32,000 bases of DNA from Candidatus Nanopusillus acidilobi (GCA_001552015.1 CP010514.1:150001-182000); one strand, 5' to 3'; shown: positions 7,817 through 16,295, counted from the first letter of the stretch. The notes: generated from the letters alone by a model not told the origin. A program made the numbers and translations.

Positions 7817-9061
7817 TTATTTTTCTGGTATTAAATTATTTTTATCATGATCATCATTTTTATTAATATATTTTATAACAAGGTATGGATAAACAATAAA
7901 TAAACCTACATATCCTATTGCTATATAAAGAACAAATTTTTTTACAAAAATGAAGATAGTATCAGTTGAAAATGCATATAGTATCGAAATTCTACTTAAA
8001 ATATTATCCCAATTTTTTTTATTGATATTTTTTAAGATATGTGAATAAATGCAACAATAAAGATACATAAAAATACAAAAACTTGAAAGTCCTATTATTA
8101 TATACCAAATCGATCTGTTTACAAAAAGATAAACGTCAATAAGAGAAATAGTAAGAAGTGAAATTGAAGATCCTCCTAATATAATCCATTTAACCATATT
8201 TTCTAGATTTCTATTTGTGTTTACTGTGTATACATAAAGAGACATTATAGATATTAAAAGAAAAATCGTTATTACAATAATGACAGAAGTAATTAATATA
8301 TATGGAATAGAATAATATCCAAATATATATTCTACAGATTTTTTGATCCCAAAAAAGTTCAATCCTAATAGAGAAGACCACGAACTTATAAATTCGATAG
8401 TGCTTTCCGATAATGAATTGCTTTTATCTTCTATATTTTTTCGGTTAGATAATAAAATGTATGACAATATGGATGCTATTAATAATATAATTAAAAAGAA
8501 AATATGTATATAATAACTAGAATATGCTGTTAATATAAGTAAGATGAGGAAGAATCCAGATATAAGAGATATAAACGATGCTACTATGAAGAATTTTTTA
8601 TTTTTACTAAAATATTCTTTAAAATTGCGTGTTTCTTTAAATTTGTAAAGACACATTCTTCTAAATGCTATAATTATCATTATAAAACATACTATTACAA
8701 TTATTGCATATAGTATGATAAATAATACAATATTTCTATATATTTCTGTCAAGATTGAGCTAAATATAGAAAAATAACTTGTCATATACATATTATTTAA
8801 AATCACCTTCTCATAATTTAGAATAATTAGTAATAATTTTGGAATATATAGTAATAATAATGAATAAATCATATTAAAGCACAATATGAATATTTTGGTC
8901 TTATTTGGTATGCTAGAACTCAAAGTTGCAATTAAAAGTATTATTGGCGAAATTATTAATATTAAAAGTAATTCAGTTAGATAAAAATAAGCAGAACTTA
9001 ATATATAAGGTAATAATATTTCGAGAATTTCTGATACTAATATATTTATCATTATTATCAC
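7817..9061 (-). CDS. polytopic membrane protein, paralog family B (N-module + C-module mosaic)
   Basis: 414 aa. The N-terminal ~140 aa are homologous to 4107..4538, and the C-terminal part carries the WS-x-LLG-x(1,2)-[YF]F motif of 6564..7505. Start is GTG 9061 or ATG 9052. Confidence 0.75.
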   Translation of the reverse strand: MIIMINILVSEILEILLPYILSSAYFYLTELLLILIISPIILLIATLSSSIPNKTKIFILCFNMIYSLLLLYIPKLLLIILNYEKVILNNMYMTSYFSIFSSILTEIYRNIVLFIILYAIIVIVCFIMIIIAFRRMCLYKFKETRNFKEYFSKNKKFFIVASFISLISGFFLILLILTAYSSYYIHIFFLIILLIASILSYILLSNRKNIEDKSNSLSESTIEFISSWSSLLGLNFFGIKKSVEYIFGYYSIPYILITSVIIVITIFLLISIMSLYVYTVNTNRNLENMVKWIILGGSSISLLTISLIDVYLFVNRSIWYIIIGLSSFCIFMYLYCCIYSHILKNINKKNWDNILSRISILYAFSTDTIFIFVKKFVLYIAIGYVGLFIVYPYLVIKYINKNDDHDKNNLIPEK

Positions 9062-9174
9062 AATAATATAAGTAAAAATTAAAAATGGATATTTTGACTA
9101 TATTTCTTCCTATAAAACCTATTTCATAGTAACAATAAGCTCATTTAAATATTTGTATAAAAAATGAATTCTTT

Positions 9175-9633
9175 TTATAAGTTAAGAAAGGTCGTTTCTT
9201 TTACACTTTCAAAAACTATCAAAGATACAGTTTCTTTTACTCCTTTAATTTCTCTTATCTTATCTAAAACAGCTTTTCCTAAACCTTCAACATCTTTTTC
9301 CCTAACCTTTGCAATCATATCCCAATCCCCAGCTATTATATGGACTTCTTGAATTTCTGGTAAGTTTGCAATTTTTTCCGCAACCTCTCTTTGTGTGAAA
9401 CCAGAAGAAGGATCATATTTTATTAAAACAAAAGATAAAACATTTTTACCAATAGCTTTAGGATCTAAAATTGCTCTATATTCTTTTATTATTCCTGCAT
9501 TCTCTAATTTCTTTATTCTAGCGAAAATTGTAGTTTCTCTCATTTCTGTAATTTGTGAAAGTTCTCTTAAAGAGAGTTTGCAATTCTTCTGTAAAAGTGA
9601 AAGTAATTGTTTATCCTTTTCATCTATCTTCAT
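9175..9633 (-). CDS. lrp: Lrp/AsnC-family transcriptional regulator
   Basis: MKIDEKDKQLLSLLQKNCKLSLRELSQITEMRETTIFARIKKLENAGIIKEYRAILDP is the canonical HTH_AsnC N-domain. The C-terminal RAM domain is VLIKYD...VHIIAGDWDMIAKV. Confidence 0.9.
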   Translation of the reverse strand: MKIDEKDKQLLSLLQKNCKLSLRELSQITEMRETTIFARIKKLENAGIIKEYRAILDPKAIGKNVLSFVLIKYDPSSGFTQREVAEKIANLPEIQEVHIIAGDWDMIAKVREKDVEGLGKAVLDKIREIKGVKETVSLIVFESVKETTFLNL

Positions 9634-9735
9634 AAAAAATTCATATTTTTTAAAAATTTAAGTATTTTATTCAAAGTATCTTCAAATTTTATGAAATTTA
9701 TATATACTATATCCTATCAATTAATAAATTAAATT

Positions 9736-9750
9736 TTGAAAAATATTCAA
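9736..9750. promoter_or_regulatory. candidate Lrp/FFRP operator 1 (TTGAA-N5-TTCAA palindrome)
   Basis: ttgaaaaatattcaa in the lrp / asnA-like divergent intergenic region. The core TGAAAAATATTCA resembles the TGAAA-WWW-TTTCA type palindrome recalled for Pyrococcus FL11. Confidence 0.4.
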
Positions 9751-9776
9751 TTTTTATATCAAATTTAAGTAATTTT

Positions 9777-9791
9777 TTGAATCTTTTTCAA
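9777..9791. promoter_or_regulatory. candidate Lrp/FFRP operator 2 (TTGAA-N5-TTCAA palindrome) abutting a TATA-like box
   Basis: ttgaatctttttcaa lies 41 bp centre-to-centre from operator 1. It is directly upstream of tttataaaa (about 9797-9805), which sits about 35 nt before the 9838 ATG. Confidence 0.4.
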
Positions 9792-9837
9792 AAAATTTTA
9801 TAAAAAATTTAAGAACAGGAAATAGAAATATTAGCGA

Positions 9838-10770
9838 ATGGCGGTAGAAGAAATGATATCTCATCTAAAAGAAATGAAACCAATATTAAGAATACAAACA
9901 GTAGTATTAAAGGAAATGCAATCATTTATGGTAGATAGAGGCTTTGTACAATTATTACCAGTAATAACTTCAAAATTTACAGATCCATTGGCTCCAGATC
10001 CAGCATCTAGTGTTATTTTTACACCATCATTTGAGTATTATTCGCAAAAACTAGTGATAACACAAAGTATGATTTTACACAAACAACTTTCCCTTATAGC
10101 AGCTGATAAGATATTCACTTTTTCACCAAACGTTAGATTAGAAAAAAGTGAAAAAGCTAAAACTGGAAGACATGCTTTTGAATTTACGCAAATGGATTTT
10201 GAGATGGCATATGCAAAGATGAAAGATGTAATGGATTTAGTTGAGGATTTAATAATCCATGTAATCAAAAAAGTTAAAGAAGAATGTAAAGAAGAATTAG
10301 ATCTTTTAGGTAGAGAATTAAGAGTTCCTTCAAAACCATTCAAAGTTTACAGATATTCAGAAGTTTTAGAAAAATATGGTAGTGATGATGCTTTAAGTGT
10401 AGAAGAAAAAGATCCATTCTGGATTATTGATATAAAAAGAGAGTTCTATGATAAGGAAGATGAAGATCATCCAGGTCATTTCTTAAACTATGATTTAATT
10501 TTGCCAGAAGGATATGGGGAAGTTTTATCTGGAGGAGAAAGAGAATATAAATATGAGAGAATTATGGAAAAGATGAAAGAATTAGAAAAAGAAGGTAGAG
10601 ATTATTCATCATATAAAGACTATCTAGAAGTTGCTAAAAGAGGATTGTTAAAACCAAGTGCTGGAGGAGGAATTGGTGTTGAAAGATTATTAAGATTCTT
10701 ATCTGGAAAGAAGCATATAAGGGAAGTTCAATTATTCCCAAGAATTCCTGGCGAGGAAGTAGTTTTCTAG
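9838..10770 (+). CDS. stand-alone class IIb aminoacyl-tRNA-synthetase catalytic core (archaeal AsnA-like asparagine synthetase / AspRS-AsnRS paralog lacking the anticodon-binding domain)
   Basis: Class II motif 2 region GRHAFEFTQMDFEMAY and motif 3 SAGGGIGVERLLRFLSG. At 310 aa there is no N-terminal OB fold. Confidence 0.8.
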   Translation: MAVEEMISHLKEMKPILRIQTVVLKEMQSFMVDRGFVQLLPVITSKFTDPLAPDPASSVIFTPSFEYYSQKLVITQSMILHKQLSLIAADKIFTFSPNVRLEKSEKAKTGRHAFEFTQMDFEMAYAKMKDVMDLVEDLIIHVIKKVKEECKEELDLLGRELRVPSKPFKVYRYSEVLEKYGSDDALSVEEKDPFWIIDIKREFYDKEDEDHPGHFLNYDLILPEGYGEVLSGGEREYKYERIMEKMKELEKEGRDYSSYKDYLEVAKRGLLKPSAGGGIGVERLLRFLSGKKHIREVQLFPRIPGEEVVF

Positions 10771-11091
10771 ATTTTTTTTTTAATAAAATTTTTTAATAAA
10801 TATTATAGAAACTGAAAAGATTTTAGAAAAATCAAAAAAGTAAAAAATTGCAATCTATTAAACTAGATAATGAGAAAGGTTTATTAATAGAAAAACTTTT
10901 ATCTAAGTAAATACAAAAAGTCTTAATTAAAATTTTTTAAATAATTACTCATTAACTATAAAGAATAATCCTAAATTTGATATAAGTTTTAATATGATTA
11001 AGGGAGGTTAAATGAGTAATTCTTAATCAAATAATATAAAAAGGATTATTGGCATAATAAAAATTATAGATTATCTCTATAGATGTTTATT

Positions 11092-11571
11092 TTAATAACA
11101 TATTCGATCATAACAAGGATTTAGTAAGACATTTAGCACATAATTTACCGTAATATATACTATAATAGTAAAGGTAAGCCAAGTTAAAAGACTTGCAAAT
11201 GACATAACAATAGCTACTCCTAAACCTGCGTTGGACAGATATTTATAGGCAATTAAACTTGTTATAAAAACTGGAACTATAGTGGCTGTAAATATTTCTA
11301 AGGTTAGTGTAGTTAAAGCAATAGAATATGAGAAATATAGAGAGATAAAGATGAGAGTTATTATAAAAGATGTCATTCCTGAAAGAAAAGTAATAGCCCA
11401 AGTTTTAGAAAATGATATATTTATATTCAAATAACGTTTAGCAAATGAATAAATAAGTTTTGAAAATATATATGAATATCCGATCCAACCCAATATAAAA
11501 GGTGACAATTCTATTATTGAAATAATTGCTAATGCTATTATACTTAAACCGTCCATTTTATAATATGTCAT
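11092..11571 (-). CDS. multi-pass membrane protein, paralog family A (single module)
   Basis: MTYYKMDGLSIIAL...YSFAKRYLNINISFSK...YKYLSNAGLGVAIVMS carries the same ordered motifs as 1367..1864 and 2825..3631. The track start (TTG 11658) is probably too long; ATG 11571 or 11556 is preferred. Confidence 0.7.
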   Translation of the reverse strand: MTYYKMDGLSIIALAIISIIELSPFILGWIGYSYIFSKLIYSFAKRYLNINISFSKTWAITFLSGMTSFIITLIFISLYFSYSIALTTLTLEIFTATIVPVFITSLIAYKYLSNAGLGVAIVMSFASLLTWLTFTIIVYITVNYVLNVLLNPCYDRICY

Positions 11572-11749
11572 TACCTCATATAAAAATATATTTTGATGGT
11601 TATCGGAGATTATTATTGTTGTAATTGAAATATTTATATTTCGAAGAAATTTTATCAAAAATAATCTAGCGATATTAGCAATGTTTATTTATATTATTTG
11701 AATAAAAATTGTTTTAAGAAAATATTAATGTTTTTATAATTAATAAAAT

Positions 11750-14700
11750 TTATTTTCCAGAAAGTATTTCCATTAATTCTTTAAATCCTTCTAATTCTTC
11801 TTTAGAAATTCCATATAATTCAGCAACTGCTAAATCGATTTTTTCTTCAACTTTTTTAAGTTCTTCCTTTGCATTAATATTTTTACAATAATCAGGTTTA
11901 TTATTGGAATATATACATTTTGCTAATTCATGAGCTCTTTCAGATAATTCAGTAATTTTATTATGTAAATTATTATCGGGGTCGAATTTTGGTATTTTAA
12001 TGATATCTATAATATGTGTTTCTTGTCTTAACTCATATGTATAAGATGCTATTATTGAACGAACTATAGTTGAATTTAAAACTCCCGCAATATAATAAGC
12101 TTCATTAGGAGATTTGGCTTCCACTAATATAATTCCATCATCAGGTATTACAGGTTTTTCATTAATAGGTTCAACAACTGCGCAAGCAAAGCTTACCGCT
12201 TTACCGGTAATGGCGCCGGCAATTCTGGTCCATACAACTTTATAGGGTGCTAAGGATGCCTTAACATTGTTCATAACATAATAAAATGGTACAGTCATTT
12301 TCTCAGCTTTATAGAATGGATACTTTTTATAAGGTGCCATTTTTTGTTTTAGGAATCCTCCACTTCTATTTATTAAATCATTAAAGAATTGATAGAAATA
12401 TTGATATGTATAAGGATATTTTGTTTTCATTATATGATGTGGAATAGGATCTCCTTCTTTATCATGTGGCAATATTATATATTTATCTTTAAACTCTACG
12501 TACCATTTCTTTATATCTCTGCCCCTAACTAATGGATAAATAAGATCTGATTCTACTCTAGCTTCAACCTGTTTGACATTTTTCTTCTGTCCACTTTCAG
12601 GCGGATTTGTTATGATTAACATACCATCGGGAGTTTTTTCAAGTACTTTAATATAATAAATCTGGTTAAGAGCTGTATAAACTCCTGCATATGCCTCATA
12701 ATATTGATTTCCGTTTATTATTTTTCTAATTGAATTTATAATATTGGGTTTAACTTGCATCCATGGTGATGTAGGATCATTAAGTATTAAAGGAATCATT
12801 GTTATTTCATAATGTTTCGTCATCTTAATGACATCTTTTAAAGATGTATTTGGATCTATTTTCTTTCCAGTCCATACAATATGTTTAATGCCATTCATAT
12901 TTTCTTTCTGTATTTCTTTAATAATTGTACATTCATTATCATTCATATTATCTAATTCACAAACTTTTTCAACAATAATAATTCCTGTTCTATTTATTGC
13001 ACCTTCAAAGGGCATTAATGTTACTAAATCATGAATAACATGTATTTTTGTTTTTCTAGCTAAGAAATTTCTAAATCCAGCACCTGCTTGTGTTTTAAAT
13101 ACTGTAAATGTTATTACAAATCCTAATTTTCCACCTACTTTTAAATATAAGTCAAAACATCTTGCTAAGAATAGCATAGATAAATCTTTTTTGAATTTAT
13201 TGATTCCAGTTTTTCCTTCAATTTCTAATAATCCATATTTTTTCCAAAGTTCTTTACTCGATTCTCTATATTGTTCAGGCAAGTCATCCCATCTTATCCA
13301 TGGGGGGTTTCCAATTACATAATCAAATTTACCCTTTAATATTGGAGCAAATGCATTTCTAATTATAGCTATCCATACATCATCTTTACCTTGTAGTCTA
13401 AGATCAAGTAATTTTTTATAAAGATCAATTAAACTCTTTTTCTCTGAAGAATTTAAACCATATGGTGAAATTCTAAATTCAAATTCTTTAGGTGTACATC
13501 CATTCTCTAAACACATTTTTATTTCGTCTAATATTTTTCTTAAAAGATCTGTATTTTGTGCAGTATTAACAGGTATTTTAAATTCACCAACTGCAGTCCT
13601 TAATATATAATACTTTTCAGTAATTTCTGCTTTTGTTTCAATCATTATAGAATCTGCTAAGTAAATTGGAATTTCAATACTTCCTAATCCACTTTGTTGT
13701 AATAGATCCGCAATGGTTAATAAATAATTTGTTCTTGCGGTTAAGACTGCTAATGGATTTAAATCATAACCAACAACATTTTCAAGTATATATTTAGCTA
13801 ATGTATCTGTTAAGTAATGTTCATTGGCATATCTTATTAATCTACTAATATAAAGTATAAGAAAGGTACCTGATCCGCATGCAGGATCTAAAACTCTAAT
13901 TTCTAAAGGTTTTAATGGATCGTCTTTTCCCATATTTTCTAAATTTTCATAACTTAATCCAACTTCATTAATTATTAATTCTGCTAACCAATCAGGTGTA
14001 TAATATTCTCCTAAATTATGTCTAATATCTCTTGGAACAAGATTTTGATATAATTTCTTTAATAAATCTCTGGCAAATTCAGGTTCTAATTGTGGAGTTG
14101 CTATTTCGTAATCAGAAAGTCTTCTTGCAATTTCAGCAATAACATCTCCTAATTCTTGATCTATTTCTTCAACATACCATGAAAAATAGTCTCCTTCTAA
14201 AAAGTTTTCAATACCTAATAATTTTTTAAATATACCACCGCTTTCTAATTCTTTTAATATATTTTTTAAACCTTCAATACCTTTAGATGTATAAGCATTA
14301 TCAAGTTCTACAATATATGATTTATAAAATCTACCGCTTCCATATAAATAAGCTATTTCGGCAGCAATTAATTTCATTATCAATGCATAATATGTATGTA
14401 TGGCAAAAATTAGAATATCATAATTAATATTAGACTTTTCAAATCCATAATCTTCTGCTAATTCTTTTAATTCTTTAAATTTATTTGGATCATAACCTGT
14501 GGCCTGTTTAAATAATCTCGTCCAATCTTCAAATAATATTTTTGTTTTTTCATTTTTTGTATTTAATAATTTTGTATAAAGTAATTTTATTGACCTTTTA
14601 GATATTTGAGAATTCATACCAAAATCTTTAGCAATTTCTTCTGCACTCAAAATTTTTCTTCTTAAACCTCTTAAAGCTTCTATTAATTTTATAATAGATT

Positions 14701-15136
14701 CTCTTCTAATTTCATAAGGTCCTCTTAATATCCATATATTATTTCTTTTATCATATCTAACAAATGCAATTTTATCACTAATAATTATTCCTAAAAATTT
14801 ATCATAATTACTTTTGTCTCCAGCTTCAGTGATTATATATTTAATAGCTTGTTCCTTTACTTTTTGAATATCGGAATCTGTTGATAATTTACCAGGGGCT
14901 TTGTATTCAATAATAACATGTCCATATAAAGCATCTACTCTCTTACCAGAAGCTAAAGTATATTCATATTTACCTTCAAAAGGTATATTTAATGGTTTTA
15001 ATATTTTTTCTTCAATGCAATTTGATACTCTAATTCTCAAATCTTCTTCTGTACGTGCTTGAAGAATTCCATTTCTAATACATATTAATATGTCATCAAT
15101 ATCAAACTGATTTAGAGAATTACTATTAGGAGGCAT
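11750..15136 (-). CDS. Type IIG/IIL-like fused restriction-modification enzyme: N-terminal PD-(D/E)xK (MmeI-like) + gamma-class N6-adenine DNA methyltransferase + C-terminal target-recognition region
   Basis: D68-X8-E77-X-K79 in RVDALYGHVIIEYKAPGKL (nt 14900..14935). MTase motif X YYTPDWLAE, motif I VLDPACGSGTFL (about nt 13862..13891), motif IV VIGNPPWIRW (NPPW at about 13299..13310). The C-terminal YPLVRGRDIKKWYV...IDLAVAELYGISKEELEGF is typical of Eco57I/TaqI_C-type TRDs. Confidence 0.85.
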   Translation of the reverse strand: MPPNSNSLNQFDIDDILICIRNGILQARTEEDLRIRVSNCIEEKILKPLNIPFEGKYEYTLASGKRVDALYGHVIIEYKAPGKLSTDSDIQKVKEQAIKYIITEAGDKSNYDKFLGIIISDKIAFVRYDKRNNIWILRGPYEIRRESIIKLIEALRGLRRKILSAEEIAKDFGMNSQISKRSIKLLYTKLLNTKNEKTKILFEDWTRLFKQATGYDPNKFKELKELAEDYGFEKSNINYDILIFAIHTYYALIMKLIAAEIAYLYGSGRFYKSYIVELDNAYTSKGIEGLKNILKELESGGIFKKLLGIENFLEGDYFSWYVEEIDQELGDVIAEIARRLSDYEIATPQLEPEFARDLLKKLYQNLVPRDIRHNLGEYYTPDWLAELIINEVGLSYENLENMGKDDPLKPLEIRVLDPACGSGTFLILYISRLIRYANEHYLTDTLAKYILENVVGYDLNPLAVLTARTNYLLTIADLLQQSGLGSIEIPIYLADSIMIETKAEITEKYYILRTAVGEFKIPVNTAQNTDLLRKILDEIKMCLENGCTPKEFEFRISPYGLNSSEKKSLIDLYKKLLDLRLQGKDDVWIAIIRNAFAPILKGKFDYVIGNPPWIRWDDLPEQYRESSKELWKKYGLLEIEGKTGINKFKKDLSMLFLARCFDLYLKVGGKLGFVITFTVFKTQAGAGFRNFLARKTKIHVIHDLVTLMPFEGAINRTGIIIVEKVCELDNMNDNECTIIKEIQKENMNGIKHIVWTGKKIDPNTSLKDVIKMTKHYEITMIPLILNDPTSPWMQVKPNIINSIRKIINGNQYYEAYAGVYTALNQIYYIKVLEKTPDGMLIITNPPESGQKKNVKQVEARVESDLIYPLVRGRDIKKWYVEFKDKYIILPHDKEGDPIPHHIMKTKYPYTYQYFYQFFNDLINRSGGFLKQKMAPYKKYPFYKAEKMTVPFYYVMNNVKASLAPYKVVWTRIAGAITGKAVSFACAVVEPINEKPVIPDDGIILVEAKSPNEAYYIAGVLNSTIVRSIIASYTYELRQETHIIDIIKIPKFDPDNNLHNKITELSERAHELAKCIYSNNKPDYCKNINAKEELKKVEEKIDLAVAELYGISKEELEGFKELMEILSGK

Positions 15137-15349
15137 AATATTATAATTTATAAATTATTTAAGAATTTTACTTTTAGTTTTTAGTATGAAATAATAAGAA
15201 CGTTATATTAATTTTATTTAACTATTTTCATTATCTTAAATAGTGTGAAAAATATGTCAGTAATTTAATAGTTTTTTGTTTTATTCAAATATACTGGAAG
15301 AAGCATAAATACATGCTATGTTAATAAAATTTTACACAAATTCATAATA

Positions 15350-15955
15350 ATGGTAAGATGTCCCTTTTGTGGTTCAGAAGATTTAACATTAATTAGTTCA
15401 TGGAAATATGGGGCTTTTGATGTATATAGATATAAATGTAATAAATGTGGAAATAAGTTTAATTATTATAAAGGAAAAATTACAGAATTTTATATACCAA
15501 AATCAAAAAACCAAAAAATGAATAAAGAAGAAAATAAAGAAGTTGATTATAATCATGAAGAAGTAAAGTCTTGGTTACAGGAGATTGGTGAAGTATTAGG
15601 ATATTATACTTATCCTGAATTTGGAGATGAACAATATAGGTTTGATATTGTCTATAAATTGTTTAATAGTGAAAAACAACCACCTGTAGCAGTTTTTGAA
15701 GTTGTAGATAGTAATACTGTTGATAACTCTCTTTCAAGATTATTTTATGCATATAGAACTTTTAGACCTGAGGGATTATATTTAATAGTTTTAGATAATA
15801 AATATCAAGAAAGGGCAAAGAAATTGTTAGAAAATACATATCCAGAAATAAAGGATAAAGTAGAAATATTAGATGCAAATAAAATAAAAGAATTAAGAGA
15901 TATATTAAATAAATATGGAGATGAAATAAAGAAATTAATAAATCTGGGAAAGTAA
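15350..15955 (+). CDS. Zn-ribbon protein with C-terminal restriction-endonuclease-like (PD-(D/E)xK-fold-like) domain
   Basis: N-terminus CPFCGSEDL...YRYKCNKCGNKF is a C4 ribbon resembling the IS1/IS1595-type transposase zinc ribbon. After a Lys/Glu linker comes HEEVKSWLQEIGEVLGYYTYPE...RFDIVYKLF...PPVAVFEVVDS...SLSRL, the H..I...L..IG..LGY / hDhhW-Y / hFEV pattern of small RE-like modules. No canonical Lys follows the Glu. Confidence 0.65.
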   Translation: MVRCPFCGSEDLTLISSWKYGAFDVYRYKCNKCGNKFNYYKGKITEFYIPKSKNQKMNKEENKEVDYNHEEVKSWLQEIGEVLGYYTYPEFGDEQYRFDIVYKLFNSEKQPPVAVFEVVDSNTVDNSLSRLFYAYRTFRPEGLYLIVLDNKYQERAKKLLENTYPEIKDKVEILDANKIKELRDILNKYGDEIKKLINLGK

Positions 15956-16025
15956 ATATTAAAATCATACACTTTTTAGTCATTTAAGTATTTTATCTTG
16001 AGCTATAATTTTTCGTTATATTTTC

Positions 16026-16068
16026 TATATATGTATAATTACAATTAGTATAATTATGATTATACAAA
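16026..16068 (+). repeat. 43-bp perfect direct repeat, copy B (partner at 7721..7763)
   Basis: Identical 43-mer. It supplies the ATG and first four codons (MIIQ) of ORF 16056..16295. Confidence 0.9.
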
Positions 16069-16295
16069 TAATGAAAAATACTAGGGATATATATTTAATA
16101 GAATGTAAATATTCTGATAATATAAATCCAAAAGAAATATTAGAAAATCTAAAGGAAAAATCCGAATATTTAAATTTAGATATAAGAAATAAATACTATA
16201 TAATATTTGCAAAAAGTTTTAAAGAAAGAATTAAAGAAAATAATTTATATTTATTTGATTTAGAAGATTTAGAAAATATAATGTATCGAATATAA
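16056..16295 (+). CDS. DUF234-like C-terminal fragment of an archaeal ATPase (probable gene remnant)
   Basis: NTRDIYLIECKYSDNINPKEILENLKEKSEYLNLD...IIFAKSFKERIKENNLYLFDLEDLENI matches the C-terminal DUF234 module (..ECKW....v....L.eK......F..sGF......L.dL.dl) of ~450-aa Arch_ATPase proteins. The AAA part is absent, and the start codon lies inside the 43-bp repeat. Confidence 0.55.
   Translation: MIIQIMKNTRDIYLIECKYSDNINPKEILENLKEKSEYLNLDIRNKYYIIFAKSFKERIKENNLYLFDLEDLENIMYRI

Noticed and set aside
15998-16006. 9-mer tcttgagct also present in the second guide of sRNA candidate 1 (16453-16461)
   Set aside because: The match is same-sense rather than complementary, so it cannot be a guide target. 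It is short enough to be coincidence.
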